From Diplonema japonicum (Eukaryota > Protista > Euglenozoa: Diplonemea), in the NCBI GenBank assembly GCA_964019335.1, contig OZ025650.1, positions 310,001 through 374,000 on the forward strand: a DNA stretch of 64,000 nt, written 5' to 3'. A program made the translations under genes and the position numbers. The notes under the pieces were generated by a model that saw nothing but the letters and a program-made list of their open reading frames with translations, was not told the origin of the DNA and ran no database searches. Numbering within the stretch: the first letter of the stretch is position 1; the number at the start of each line of letters is the position of its first letter. Shown one piece after another: positions 12,015-24,097 of this stretch.

Positions 12015-12125
12015 GTTTTGTGTGTTTGTGTGTAAAGCCTTCTTCTTCTTCTTTTGCAGAACGGAAAATAAACAGGTGTAAATACAAACAAGAAGTCAAA
12101 ACCCAATCCTGATAAGGATCTTTTG

Positions 12126-14618
12126 TCATTCTAGCAAAAAGGTCGAGCATGATGTACGGGGCCGTGGTGCGGGCGTGAAGGCAAGCCTACGACCTGAAGC
12201 GGCTTGAAGGGAAGTCGCGGCTGCAGTGAGCTGAGATGCTTCGTCGCAGGCCGGCATGGGAATGGAAAAGAAGGTGGAAAGTGTGGTTTGTGTGGTACGG
12301 GGACATTTCTGAGAGAACTGTATGTTGGCAAGCCGCAGCAGTGCAAGATGAAGGGCGAGGGACGTCGTCTTCGCCTTTTGCAAGTACTGCACAGCTACCA
12401 TACACACAGCCTCCCCGTCATTGTAGTCACCCATCTCACATAATCTCTCGGCCACCTGCTGTAACACTATCCCGGCCTCACCGAACTCTCGCATTGTCAG
12501 CATAAATTCTGCTTTCTCCTTCATGATGGCTACCCACTCCTCCCAGCACCCCTCTACCAGCTCTACCAGCTTATCGAACATGGCTACTCCCTCGGTGTAA
12601 ACCCTATTCCTTACTAAGAAATCCAATCTCTTCCGTACCGCCTCCTCTTCGCCCCGCCTGTCCACAGCTGTCAGCACTTCCAGTAGCATCACCTCTTTGC
12701 TCACATCCGTCGCTGCAGGGAACAACCCCACCCTCTCGCACCAACGCATTAACGCTTGTATCACAGCTAACAAATCCACCACGTCACAACGGTCGCAACT
12801 CGCGAGGATGTTCTTGCTATACTCCCACTCCGTAAAAGGTTGCTGCGTATCTACGGCTATGCCCAGTACTTCTATTTTCTGGAGGACGATGTTCGTCCAA
12901 GCTTTCAGAGCCATTTCATGACCATCCAATTTAGTGAAGTCAAAGATATAACTCAGTAATATCTTTTGGTACTGGAAAGCATCCAGTGTACCCTGCTCTA
13001 CTTCCCTCCTGTATGAACGGGTAAGGACTGAGAGGGGTTCTTCATCGTCATCGTCACTGGGCGAGGTGAGGCGGCTAGGGCTGTGTGCTTGGTACTCTTT
13101 CCAGAAAGGGGTGACAACTGGTTTGATGTGAATGTCAGACTCACGCAGACTCTCGACAATGGATGTGCTCAGCCATTTTTGAGAGTACGTGCATGATGAC
13201 GGCAGCTTAATGCCGAGCAATGTGCACACGCGTGACAGCAAGTGCTTCTTGGCTACGTCTTCCAATGAAAATGTTATGCCGTACTCGTCGTTAAGCCTGC
13301 TGGGTATCTCCCTGTCCCACAGGGTGGCATGGTATTCCGACGCTGGTCTCATAAGGCCCCTGAGAGACGACAGAATAAGGTCTGTAAAGTCACAATTCTG
13401 CCGGGAGGTCACCTGCTGCATCCATGTCCCCAACAGGGCTACGAACACACGTGCAAGCATCTCGCACTTTGCAAGCTTCACTACATCCATCACATCCACA
13501 CGGCGCCATAATGTCGAGGGCGATGTTACCTTGCCGTTCACTTCGATCACTGGTCTGGGCCCCACCCACTCCATGTTATTCTCTAGTACTTCAACCACGC
13601 CTTGCAGCTCTTGAAACCCCAAATTGTTTTCAGACAACTTCTCACATATGTACTCCGGGCATATCTTTTCGTGCAGACATGCTTCGCCCATCCACCGATG
13701 CTGTTCGTGTTCTAACAAAATTGTCCATATCACAATACATCCTTTGGCGTACCCATGTTCCTTCATCTGCCGCAGTACTGTGTAGTGCTGGAGTAGATCT
13801 GTCAAAGCTGTTTTCGGAGCATGGAAGTAACTAGCCTTGCTAGTATCCGTTTCCTCTTCAGGCCTGTTGAGCATTACAAAACTCCTACCCGCAGCACAGC
13901 GCTGTATATTGACATTGTCGAGAACGTGCAGTGGCGACGGGGGGCAGTGTAGAAGAGGTGTTGCTGCAGCGCACCACGCACAGAACCCCCTATAGTAGAC
14001 GGTGCAGGTCAGAGGGACATGGAAGCGGTCGGGGAGCAGGGGCAGTGACATCAGGGTTGATGCGATCCATGCCACAGGAGGCGTGCTGAAGGGAATCAGG
14101 AACCTGATATTCTGAACGTCATAAACTATACCGCCTGCATACCGCACGGATGGGTACGTCTTCTTTGCTTCGGGTACGTGGTATTCATGAACCAGGCGCT
14201 TCATGATACCCTTGCATCTCTCGACGAAGGCCTCCCTATACCCATCTACGATCCGCTTCTTCGCTGCTGCCTCTTCATGGTTACATGGTATGCTCTCCAC
14301 TGTTTCGTAGTGTTCGCATCCAACACCGCTACTGCTGGCGACATGATCAGGCACGCTGCCCACATACTCCTCTTCCCCCTGCACGTTCTCCACGCTTTCC
14401 AGAATGCGTTTACTACATGTCTTGTGGTTTTTTTTCGTCTTCTTTAACGGTGACAGCTTTCGTTTACCTCCCTTGGGTTTTGCTAGAAACGTTGGGTTTG
14501 TAGTCAGTACAAAGAACTGATCCTTGGTAGGTATCAACTCTCCCCGTGAACCGAGCCATGCAGTTGCAGGCGACACGGGCACCATGGCCGCAACGCCAAA
14601 CGACATGTTGGTGGGCAT
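12126..14618 (-). CDS. Hypothetical protein, C-terminal helical (TPR-like) region, possibly Clu-related
   Basis: 830-aa ORF on the gene strand with helical-repeat-like C-terminus; family assignment weak. Confidence 0.65.
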   Translation of the reverse strand: MPTNMSFGVAAMVPVSPATAWLGSRGELIPTKDQFFVLTTNPTFLAKPKGGKRKLSPLKKTKKNHKTCSKRILESVENVQGEEEYVGSVPDHVASSSGVGCEHYETVESIPCNHEEAAAKKRIVDGYREAFVERCKGIMKRLVHEYHVPEAKKTYPSVRYAGGIVYDVQNIRFLIPFSTPPVAWIASTLMSLPLLPDRFHVPLTCTVYYRGFCAWCAAATPLLHCPPSPLHVLDNVNIQRCAAGRSFVMLNRPEEETDTSKASYFHAPKTALTDLLQHYTVLRQMKEHGYAKGCIVIWTILLEHEQHRWMGEACLHEKICPEYICEKLSENNLGFQELQGVVEVLENNMEWVGPRPVIEVNGKVTSPSTLWRRVDVMDVVKLAKCEMLARVFVALLGTWMQQVTSRQNCDFTDLILSSLRGLMRPASEYHATLWDREIPSRLNDEYGITFSLEDVAKKHLLSRVCTLLGIKLPSSCTYSQKWLSTSIVESLRESDIHIKPVVTPFWKEYQAHSPSRLTSPSDDDDEEPLSVLTRSYRREVEQGTLDAFQYQKILLSYIFDFTKLDGHEMALKAWTNIVLQKIEVLGIAVDTQQPFTEWEYSKNILASCDRCDVVDLLAVIQALMRWCERVGLFPAATDVSKEVMLLEVLTAVDRRGEEEAVRKRLDFLVRNRVYTEGVAMFDKLVELVEGCWEEWVAIMKEKAEFMLTMREFGEAGIVLQQVAERLCEMGDYNDGEAVCMVAVQYLQKAKTTSLALHLALLRLANIQFSQKCPRTTQTTLSTFFSIPMPACDEASQLTAAATSLQAASGRRLAFTPAPRPRTSCSTFLLE

Positions 14619-14688
14619 CTGGAGAGTGCTGCACGGGAGGCGACAATGAACAGAAACATGGATCTAGGTGTCTCTCTGGAAAGAAGAG

Positions 14689-15660
14689 TCAGCGGGGTGA
14701 CATGGCTTCGGAAGCTATGCTTCTGGTGGAACCTTTTGGAGACAGGATCTTCTTGATATCGAGGTCTGCTGTGGCCCTGCTGCCTCGGCGTTGTTGGATG
14801 TGGCCACCGCGACGGCTGCGGGGACCCACCTCAGATGTGGTGCGCATTTTGCGTCCGCTTTCGATGCCACGGAGCACACGGCGCTCGTCTTCAGTGAGGA
14901 CAGGGAGTTGAGACTCTTGCCATTTCACTTTTTCGGAGTATTCCCATTCGACTGCTTGGATCCTGCCGGCGAGCTCCTTGAGGGCAGCAGACAGGTTCTC
15001 GACCTTGTCTTTGTCCCTCGCTGCCTCGGCTTCCTTGAGTTCCCGTTGTTTGTGGGCAAGGAGGGCGCTCTGTTCGGCAACCCAACTGGCTTGCTGTGCA
15101 GTTTCAGCCTCGTACTCTAGGTTGTACTGTTGGAGCATTTGTGACTTTTCAATGGCGCTGCGACGTGTCTCTCGTTCAGCGGTTTGCAGGTCGCCTACAA
15201 ATTTAATAGACGAGGCTTTACGCGACCCAACGCCGGCTCCTGAGTACTTCTTGTTGCTCATTTCTTTCCGGACAGCATCGGCGCTGTATAGAGCACACCT
15301 CTGCTCGGCGGTGAGCATGATCTTGTCCTCTGCGACACGGGCACGCTTCAGGTCTTCGGCACGGAGTTCGATCTCGGCTTCTAGTTCCGACCGCATTCGT
15401 ATCAGGCTGTCCAGTTCATTGGCGCCCAAGCTCCTCGTTAGCTTCAGCCGTTTACCCCCTGCCACCATGTCATCGATTGTTTCTATTTTTCGTCTTTGCT
15501 GCGCGCACCATTTTTCATACTTTTTCTCTTCCGTGTGCCACTTATTCCTCTGCCTCTCAACCCTTTTCACCGCGTCCATCGCATTTTTCGTATTCACATT
15601 CAGTGCCGCTTGTATTTCTGTCGCGATCACTGACGACCTTCGGGGCACACGGTTGTCCAT
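14689..15660 (-). CDS. Coiled-coil hypothetical protein
   Basis: 323-aa E/K/R/A-rich ORF on the gene strand. Confidence 0.7.
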   Translation of the reverse strand: MDNRVPRRSSVIATEIQAALNVNTKNAMDAVKRVERQRNKWHTEEKKYEKWCAQQRRKIETIDDMVAGGKRLKLTRSLGANELDSLIRMRSELEAEIELRAEDLKRARVAEDKIMLTAEQRCALYSADAVRKEMSNKKYSGAGVGSRKASSIKFVGDLQTAERETRRSAIEKSQMLQQYNLEYEAETAQQASWVAEQSALLAHKQRELKEAEAARDKDKVENLSAALKELAGRIQAVEWEYSEKVKWQESQLPVLTEDERRVLRGIESGRKMRTTSEVGPRSRRGGHIQQRRGSRATADLDIKKILSPKGSTRSIASEAMSPR

Positions 15661-16002
15661 CTCTACTTCGCCTTTTTTTTTATTTCTCTTGTTTTTTTTT
15701 TTTCCCTTTCTTTCCCGGAGTGGCCTTTTCCAATGATGAAAAACAAATGAATCAAAGCATACGTGGTATAATAAAATAGTGCCCCCCCCCCCCCTTTTTT
15801 TTTCAAGAATAGTCAGTTATGTTGCCGAACAGTTCATTGGGAGGGAAGTGGGGGGACTCGGAATGAGTTGGGGGAAAAAGCAAAAGTTAAAGAAAAAAGA
15901 ACAGACGAAAAAAGAAACAACAACGAAAAAAAAAACACTCGAAAAAAAAAAAGTGAGAAACAAAAACGAGTAAAAGAAAAAAAAATCGAATAATTCATTT
16001 TT

Positions 16003-16033
<31 letters not shown>

Positions 16034-16120
16034 CACACGCGAGCAATAAAGGGGGGACGAAAGAAAAAAAAAAAAAAAAGAAAAAGAAAAAGAAAAAACA
16101 AGAAAGATATCCCGTAACCT

Positions 16121-17360
16121 CTAAAGGTTAGACTGGATCATTTTTGCAATGGTCTGCAGTTGGATGTTGGAGGTACCTTCGTAGATGGCACCGATTTTAG
16201 CGTCTCTGTAGAATTTCTCGGCGGGGTAATCCTGAGGTTTTTTTTTTCTCTTTTTTTTTCTAAGTAATCATATATACCTTCACGAAGCCGACACCTCCCA
16301 TCCACTCGACTGCCTGCGAAGCAACTTGCTGTGCCACCTGCGAGGCGTAGAGCTTGGCCATGGCGGCTTCCATGACGAAGTTCTCGCCAGCTTCCTTCAT
16401 CCTGGCTGCGTTGTAGACCATCAGCCTGGCGGCCATGATGTTGGTGGCGCACTGTGCCTGTTGGTGCTGCATTCCTTGGAAGGTTCCAATTGGTTGCCCG
16501 AACTGTTCCCTTTCCATGCTGTATTTTACGGCGGTGTCGAAGGCGCCCTGCGCAAGACCGATCATCTGCGACCCGATCCCGATCCTCCCCTCGTTTAAAA
16601 CTTCGATAGCGATCTTGTAACCCTTCCCTAGCTCGCCCACAATGGCGTCCTTGCTCACCACACAGTCCTCGAAGATTACCTCACATGTTGACGACGATCT
16701 GATCCCAAGCTTGTTCTCTTTCTTCCCAATCCTGACGCCTGGGTTGTCACCTGTCACAACAAAGCACGTAATCCCCTTGTACCCCTTGCTGGGGTCCACG
16801 TTCGCCATCACAAGGAACAACCCTGCTTCCCCGGAGTTAGTAATCCACATTTTGTTACCATTGATAACATATTCATCGCCCTTCTTCTCTGCACGGGTTT
16901 TAAGTGCGAAAGCATCGCTACCACTGCCCGCCTCGGAGAGACAGAAGGAGCCGAGCGTGTTAGTTGAAAGCATGCGGAGGTACTTCTCCTTCTGAGCGTC
17001 AGTACCCCATCTGAAGAAGGCGTTGTTCACAAGTGTGTTCTGCACGTCCACCATGACGGACACGGAAGGGTCCACCTTCGCTAGCTCTTCGATGGCGATG
17101 ATTGACCCGAAGAACCCGGCGTCAGAGCCGCCGTACTGCTCAGCAGTCTCGATGCCCATAAGGCCCTGCTCGAAGCACTTCTGGATCAGCTCGGGTCTCA
17201 TCTTCTGCACCTCGTCCATTTCCATCACATACGGTGCGATCTCCTCCTTCGCGAACGCCTTCACCATGTCCTGCAGCGCCACCTCATCCTCGTTCAGCGT
17301 CAGTAGGCTCTTGTACCTTGCCCCGCCCCTTGTCGCCAGCCTGCTCATACCGCGCATCAT
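16121..17360 (-). CDS. ACADSB: Mitochondrial short/branched-chain acyl-CoA dehydrogenase; intron 16232-16277
   Basis: [31 protein letters not shown] and REQFG motifs. Splicing a 46-nt GT-AG intron restores the conserved C-terminus [24 protein letters not shown]. Confidence 0.9.
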
Positions 17361-19104
17361 ATTTATATATATATATATTTTCCCTTTCTTGCCTGTGTGG
17401 GACTTATTTTGGAGGGCTTTTTTCTTTGATTTTCTTTTTTTTTTTTTTTGGAATAATAATAAAAAAGCTTTTCGGGATTTAAAAAAAAAAGAAAAACAAT
17501 AATGAGGAATAAAAAAAGGTGAGGGTGAGAGTGGGTGGAGGTGAGTGAAAAATAAAACCGGGTGGGGGGGGGAGATTGTCGGAGAGCAGGAGGGAGAGCA
17601 GAAAAAAAACCGTGGTGTGGGGAGGGGGGGGGAGGGGGGGAGAAAATTAGTAAAAAAAATGGGTAAGTTGAGTGAGAAAAGAATGTAGGGATAAAATAAA
17701 GGGTGAACCGGGGAGAAGGGGGGTCATTAAATACTCTCATGATCATATTTGGCCTTTTCTTTCTTTTTTATTTCTTCCATCTTTACGTGTTTATTCTTCT
17801 TCTTTCTCTTACAGGACCACGGGGGAGGGGGCGGGAGGGAAAGGGGAGCAGAGGGGCAACATAACTTCCCAGTGTGGAAAAATCTTTTTTAAAAAACTCG
17901 AAACTCCCTTTTTTCCCGATGGAAAAAAAAAAAAAAAAAATGATGTCAAGAAAAGAGAAAAAAAAAAGGGAAGGTTCAAAAAAAAAAAAAAAGGGAAACA
18001 TGATGCTGATTTTGGGCAGTGGGATGAAGAAGAAGAAAAAAGGGAAATAGATACCCTCTAACTCTCTCATCTTACGTTTCCCAATTCCACGAAAAAAAAA
18101 TACCTTCAGATTTATTTCCCAAATCAGCTCTCCTTTTCTTTTCTTCTCCTCCTTACTTCTTTTTTTAGTTGTCCTTCACTTCACTTCCTTTTTTTTTTTT
18201 ACTCACTCCTCTGATAGACTCGCTTTTTAGGCGGTCTTGGCGATTCTTCTTCAGTTTTTTTTTTTTTTTAATGGAAGAAAAACCCACCCAACCAGCGACA
18301 CAAAAAGAACAAATAGACTATCTAGTGGAGATATAAAAAAAAAGGGGGGTAGAAAGTGAGGGACAAATAAAACAAAAGTAGAAAAAAGAAAAGAAAGGAA
18401 AAGTGGTGACTGGAAATTTTACCCCAAGGGTGACGAATTCTCTTTTTTTTTTTTTTAATTTTTTTTTTATTGGGGAACCTTCCATTTTCTTTAAAAAGAA
18501 AAAAAAAATCTTGTGATGGAGGAAAAAAAAAATGGGGGATGCACCTCCTGATATGGAGTTGTTAAGTATAAGGGAGAAGGGGAATAGCAAAGTCCCGAGC
18601 AAGCCCAACAAAAAAAAGGGGAGGGGGTGGATGGGAAATAAGGATAAAAAAGGCTAAAAAGAAAACGAAAAAGGGAAAGGAAAACAGAAGGATTGCCCCA
18701 AACATAAGACACACTATAAGTAAAATAAATAAATAAAAAGGTACAGGGGTGGGGGGGGCTTCAGGGCAGGGGAAGGGGGAAAGCTATACACACTTTTTGG
18801 TATTTTTCTGGGAGTAGAAGGGACAAATAAATTGCTTTAATCAAGTGATAGGAACTGCATTCTTCTTCTTCTTTTTCTGGCTCTCTCTCTCTGCTTTCTC
18901 TTAATTTAAATGCTATGGAAAGAAAAATCTTTTCTTTATTACTCTTTTTTTTTTTTTTTTTTTTTTTTTCTTATTTAAATATGCGTGGAAGCTGTGCAGT
19001 ACAACAAAAGAATAATGTTTTTAGAAAACAAAAAAAAAAAAAAAAAAAACAACAACAACACCCAATTAATATGCCTTATAACAACATAGGCCACTGCATT
19101 ACAT

Positions 19105-21701
19105 CTAGACTACCATGTTCGCCTTATTTTAATTTTAAAAAAAGAAAGGAAAAAAAAGGGGGGGGGGAAACATACCAGCTTCGTACCAGCGGACTTGTTC
19201 TCGGAGGTGTCAATGAACTTAACTCTGTCACCCTGTGATTTTTTTTTTTTTTCCCTCTAAAAAATTTCCAATTTCTGTACCTTAAGGGCGCCAAACTGCA
19301 TGACCACCTGTTTGAACTCTCTGCCTAGGGCGGGGTACAAATTCTGCTCACCAGCACACAGCCAGAGGTTGATCCTCCAGTTTTCCCCCCACTTGTGCTC
19401 AATGCTGGCACCGTTGATGAGGTTGTTGCTCTTCTGGAAGTTCTCACCAGCAAGCTTCATGAGGACATGTGCCCATGTGCGGTTCACCTTCTCTGCCCCG
19501 TAGTCCAGGACAGCTCTCCACTGCCCGCCGTTGACGTTGGCCCTGTCCTCCCACGTGGGGGCGATCCCGTCCCTGAATAACGCGAAGGAGCTGTTCTCCG
19601 CCAGGGTCTCTGGGGGGGGCAGCAGCTTCATGATTTCCCAGAAGCCCAGCACATCATCAACACTGCCCAACACCACAGGTGCCTTCCACCCCCCGTTCTC
19701 ACCAGGAGCCTCCGTGAAGAAAACACGCCACTTGGACTCCAGCTGCAGCTGCCTCTTCTTCGTCTGTGTGTCTTCCAAAAAGAATGAAGCTCCACATACC
19801 TCCTTCGAGTCGCTCTTCTCAGAAGCCTCATCCGTCTTCTTTTCGGTTTGCTGCATTAGGTAATCGGGGGGGCGGGGGGATAAACAGCATACAATTTTCT
19901 TGACCTTCTCCTTTTCTTCATCTGCCCTCTTCTTCTTCTCCTCGGCCTCGACTTGTTCCTTTGCCGACGTCTCCTCTCTTGCCTTCGCACACTCTTCCTC
20001 ATCGACGGGGATCTCGTTGTCATCGATGGCCAGGATGCCTTTCAGCCTTCCAAGAATGGAGGCCAGCTCCAGATCGTTGATGATGCAGACGGCAGAGATG
20101 AGGTAGCAGGCGGAGGTGACAGGGATCCTGCGCACGACGGTGCTTCGGCACTCCCTCTCAGGGAAGCCTGCGGTGATGAGGGACTCGGCAACGACAAGGG
20201 AAACGGGCTTGGTGCACTTCTTGAGGAGGTTGTAGATGTTCTGCACGTCCTCAGTGCTGGGCTCCTGCACCAGCTTGATGATGGAGTCGGCCATCTTGTC
20301 CATCTTCAGCCTGTTCAGTTGCTCGCGGAGCTGCGACACGTCAGGAGGGGAAAGACCTTCGGGGTCGGTGATCTTCCTGAACTTGAAGGTGATGTGCAGA
20401 GCATTCGACTCCACAGCTGCGAGCACGTCCTCAGAGTTCTCGATCGGCATCCCGTTGCACGACACGAGCGTCTTCCCGACCACAGCCTTCATCCCGTTGT
20501 TGTCCGCCTCACCACCAGGCGCAACCGCCTTCAGAGTCACAGGGGTACCTGTGCTCCACTCGGCCTGCAGTTCCGCACCTTCCCTTCTGTCCCATTTCAG
20601 GATATCGAACTCACGTGCTTCCCTCTCTGCCTCTTTCCTTGCTTCTTCCTCCTTTCTCAGCCTCTCCTCGATTGCTTCATTCGTCTTGGCCAAGCTCTCA
20701 TCGTGCTCTTTTTGGAGCGCCTCCAACTCAGTGTCAAGATCCAGCTCGTGACCGGCTCTCTCTTTTTCCTCCTCTCCAAGCATGACTTGTTTCTTTTCTT
20801 CCATCTCTTTCGCGAAGTTCTCGAGCCATTCCCTCTCTGCCTTTTCCCTCCGCTCCCTCTCTACCTTCTCTTGTTCCGCCTTCTCCTTTACCTCTTTTTT
20901 GTGTCGCTCATCCTCAACCATCCTCTTGCTCTTTGCTTCCTCCTGCAGCCTTTTCTGCTCATCGGAGATGATCGATTCTTTTCCTCGGGCCGCCCATTTC
21001 TTGGGGCCACCGGTCGCGGGAGGGAGCTGGGCCTTGACAGGGGCAGGGGCAACTGGCTGGGGCTGCTGTGTCGGGGTGGGGATGCTTTCCGTTGGAGGAG
21101 GCGTGGAGTTAGATGCGAGGGGCTGCTGAGTCGTTCGCGCGGGCGCAGCGCGGGTGCCCTTTGCCCTCCAAGCGTTTTCCGACCTGGCAAGCTCACCGGG
21201 AGTGGGGTGCGAGGGCGGGTGGGATTGGAAATTTTGAGTTTGCCGGTACATCTGGTTGTTGTTGTATGTCTGATTGGCAGGGGGCTGATGCTGATGCTGA
21301 TGCTGATGCTGGTGTTGGTGCTGATGCTGGTGTTGGTGCTGATGCTGTTGGTGGTGCTGGTGCTGTTGGTGCTGCTGGTGGTGCTGGGGCTGCATCTGCG
21401 CGTGCTGGTGATGATGATGATGATGGTGGTGCATCTGGGGGTGGGGCTGGTGGTGTTGTTGGTGGTGGTGGTGCTGGTGGTGGTGGTGGTGGTGGTGGTG
21501 CATGTACGGGTAGGAGCCGGGCATGTTGTACCCCTGCTGCGGCGGCATGTTGTAGGGTGCTGTCGGGGAGAATCGGGACGCAGGTGGCTTAGGCGCTTCT
21601 TGTGCTACGTTCGCGTTACCCCATCCTGCCCTAACCTTGCTGGAAGGTGTGAATTCTGGTGAACTCGCGTTTAATTCGGTTCTCGCTTTAGTTCCTTGCA
21701 T
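19105..21701 (-). CDS. eIF4E-family cap-binding protein with long N-terminal extension (PAM2 motif, His/Gln tract, coiled coil, PDZ-like); introns 19233-19280 and probably 19123-19175
   Basis: C-terminal eIF4E motifs W...VLGFW...ALFRDGIAPTWEDRANVNGGQW...W...GENF...INLW, and N-terminal LNASSPEFTP. Two short GT-AG introns extend the frame to GDRVKF...KL-ANMVV*. Confidence 0.85.
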
Positions 21702-21804
21702 AACTTATGATGACACTTTTCTTTTTTTAAAACTTTTTTTTAATACCCCCACCCCTAATATCCTGTGTGATTCTTCCCTTTTTAGGAACAAAAAAAAGAA
21801 AACG

Positions 21805-21839
<35 letters not shown>

Positions 21840-21965
21840 AAACAGACGTGGTACAAACTAACGGCCTTTTTTTATTAAAAAAAAAGAGAGAGATAGCTCA
21901 GAGGCATTCGTGAGAGAGGACTGCGTCTGTGGGCGGAGGGCAGCGGAGAAGCTTCTTTATAATAC

Positions 21966-23162
21966 TTATTCAAGACGCGTGGGTACATTTGAAAGCCGGG
22001 TTTGCAATACAACAATTTGCTGCTTGAGGGCAGCGATAGCTTCCCGTAGATTTTGCTTCTCTTTCTGGACGATGCGGAGCCGGTATTCGCATTTTTCATG
22101 GTGCCGGTCGGAGACCGGGGCGGGGGCAGAAATGGGAGCGGGGGCAGCATCAGGTGCAGAAACAGCTTCAGGGGTTTGCACATCTGTATTGGTCGCAGTG
22201 GAAGTAGTTGCGGGCCGTGCTTCCTGCAGCTTGTCGCCCAGCCTGATCGAGAGTTCTTTTAATTCCGATATTTCCGATTTAAGAGAAGAGACTTCAGTTG
22301 TGTGGCCGTGGGACCCCTCAAAAGAGAACTGCAGCATCGACTTCAAGTATTCGTTCTCCTGAACCAATGCTTGAAGCTGTTGAGATTTTTCCTCCTCCTC
22401 ACCCTGCAAAGGCTCATCGACAAGCACGCCTATCGTGCACACGGAACAGTCGATCCCTATCTCCCTGGGATCTTCCGGTCTGTCTACCGACACAGAAGCT
22501 ACGGAAGCGAGTTTTTTACCGAGCAGTCTGGATTTATCGTGCTCATCCAACGGACACCATTTCTCATAACCGGTTATTGTTAAATTCTCAGCGAGAATGA
22601 TGCCGATGGTGTCGCCTGGGGTTTTGTGCATGAGTATGGTGGTCAGTTGTGGGGAAGAGGTGGTGGTGGTGGGTTTACTGCTTTGCCGTACCTTGCGAGA
22701 GATGACCTTTGTTGGGGACTCAAAAGCTTTTGTTTTCTGCAGTTTTGCGAAGGTTTTTATATTTTCGTGTTCAGGGACAAGTGTGACGGGGAGTGGTTGG
22801 CAGGTGTCTTCGAAGATGTCGCGGAGGATGGAAACAAACTGAGCTGCACCGTCGCCTTTGGGGTTCTGCTTGTTCTCACTGAACACCATCAGCAAGTCGA
22901 AGCTCCCACGCACTTTCACTAAAACCATTTTCTTCTGCGGTTCGAGGAACAGCCCTTCAACTTCTGTGTACTTCACCACCCTGCTCACTCTCCATTTTCC
23001 AGATTTCGTCCCGTCCGCTACCAACAAACCCCCAGACCTTAACATCACCACCCTCTCTTGCCGAAATCCTTTCGAGCTCACTTTTTGCATTACCCTTATA
23101 AACACACAGTCGTCTGTCCACACCTCCGCTAACCCCGGTAAGGGCGCACATACAGGGGGCAT
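21966..23162 (-). CDS. Hypothetical protein (PH-like N-terminus, PDZ-like middle, coiled coil)
   Basis: 398-aa ORF; KVSSKGFRQERV...SRVV..FDLL PH-like pattern, GDTIGIIL, C-terminal heptads. Confidence 0.65.
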   Translation of the reverse strand: MPPVCAPLPGLAEVWTDDCVFIRVMQKVSSKGFRQERVVMLRSGGLLVADGTKSGKWRVSRVVKYTEVEGLFLEPQKKMVLVKVRGSFDLLMVFSENKQNPKGDGAAQFVSILRDIFEDTCQPLPVTLVPEHENIKTFAKLQKTKAFESPTKVISRKVRQSSKPTTTTSSPQLTTILMHKTPGDTIGIILAENLTITGYEKWCPLDEHDKSRLLGKKLASVASVSVDRPEDPREIGIDCSVCTIGVLVDEPLQGEEEEKSQQLQALVQENEYLKSMLQFSFEGSHGHTTEVSSLKSEISELKELSIRLGDKLQEARPATTSTATNTDVQTPEAVSAPDAAPAPISAPAPVSDRHHEKCEYRLRIVQKEKQNLREAIAALKQQIVVLQTRLSNVPTRLE

Positions 23163-23859
23163 TTATTTATTTATTTTTTTTTAAAGTTTTTTTTAAATAT
23201 ATTTTTCCCCTTTGTTTTTTTCTTTTTTTTTTCTTTTTTAAAGGGGAAGGTATATGTTTAGGGAGGAGAAAAAGAAACACAACATCTTGAATAACTTTTT
23301 TTTTTTTAATTTTTCATTCTTTCGGTTAGCCTCAACGTCAGATGGGTACAACCAGACAAGGGAAAAAAAAAAGAAAAAAAAAGGGGGAGCAGGGGACGGA
23401 GCGAAAAAGGGTAAGAAGGAAAAAAGTTGGTGATGAGGGATACAATGGAAAAAAAAAATTGTGTACAACACAATCGGAAAAATACTAGGAGAAAGAAGAA
23501 GAGAAGAAAGAAGAAAGAAAGAAAAAAAAAAGAATAACAAGGTAAGCGATTACTGATAACACAAAAGAAAGAGAGCATTTCCTCAATAAATAATAGATGT
23601 AAAAAAAAAAAAAAAAAAACGACTGATTTCATTGCTGGTGATCCGTAGTGCTAACAAAAAAAAACTCTTGTTAGAACCACCTTTCTCTCTTTTCTCCCAC
23701 GCGCATCATACTCATACAATAAAAAAAATAATAATAACAATAAAAAAAAAAAATAAATAAATAAAAAAAAGTGTAAACGTAAAAATACCAACAGCAAGCT
23801 CACCATAACAAACGCGAATCGCCCGGGAGCTATAAAAAAAATAAAAAAAAATAATAATA

Positions 23860-24031
23860 CATAGCCTGCACGTTATAACGCAAGCATAACGTTATCAAAT
23901 TGATATGATTGATATTTTAAAATACCCGGTATCAAATACGGACCTCGGCGTGCCCAGGCCAATTTTGCACTATTTAAATACCCGAACCGATTAAAATACC
24001 CGATTGGTATCGGTATAACGTGCAGGCTATG
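23860..24031. mobile_element. MITE-like element (172 bp, 18-bp perfect terminal inverted repeats)
   Basis: CATAGCCTGCACGTTATA at 23860-23877 and its exact reverse complement at 24014-24031. ATAATA on both flanks; internal AAATACCCG three times. Confidence 0.75.
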
Positions 24032-24097
24032 ATAATAAAAAAAAAAAAATAACACGCACTTCCAATTCCCTCTATTCTTTTTTTTTTTTTTTTTTTT

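Noticed and set aside
17363-19100. Poly-F/poly-K ORFs in homopolymer-rich spacers (also 27500-29740, 58560-59220)
   Set aside because: Low-complexity UTR/intergenic tracts with no coding signature.
19953-21662. Long plus-strand ORFs (569 aa here; also 54569-56044, 42429-43562, 1499-2392)
   Set aside because: Antisense shadows of well-supported minus-strand genes.
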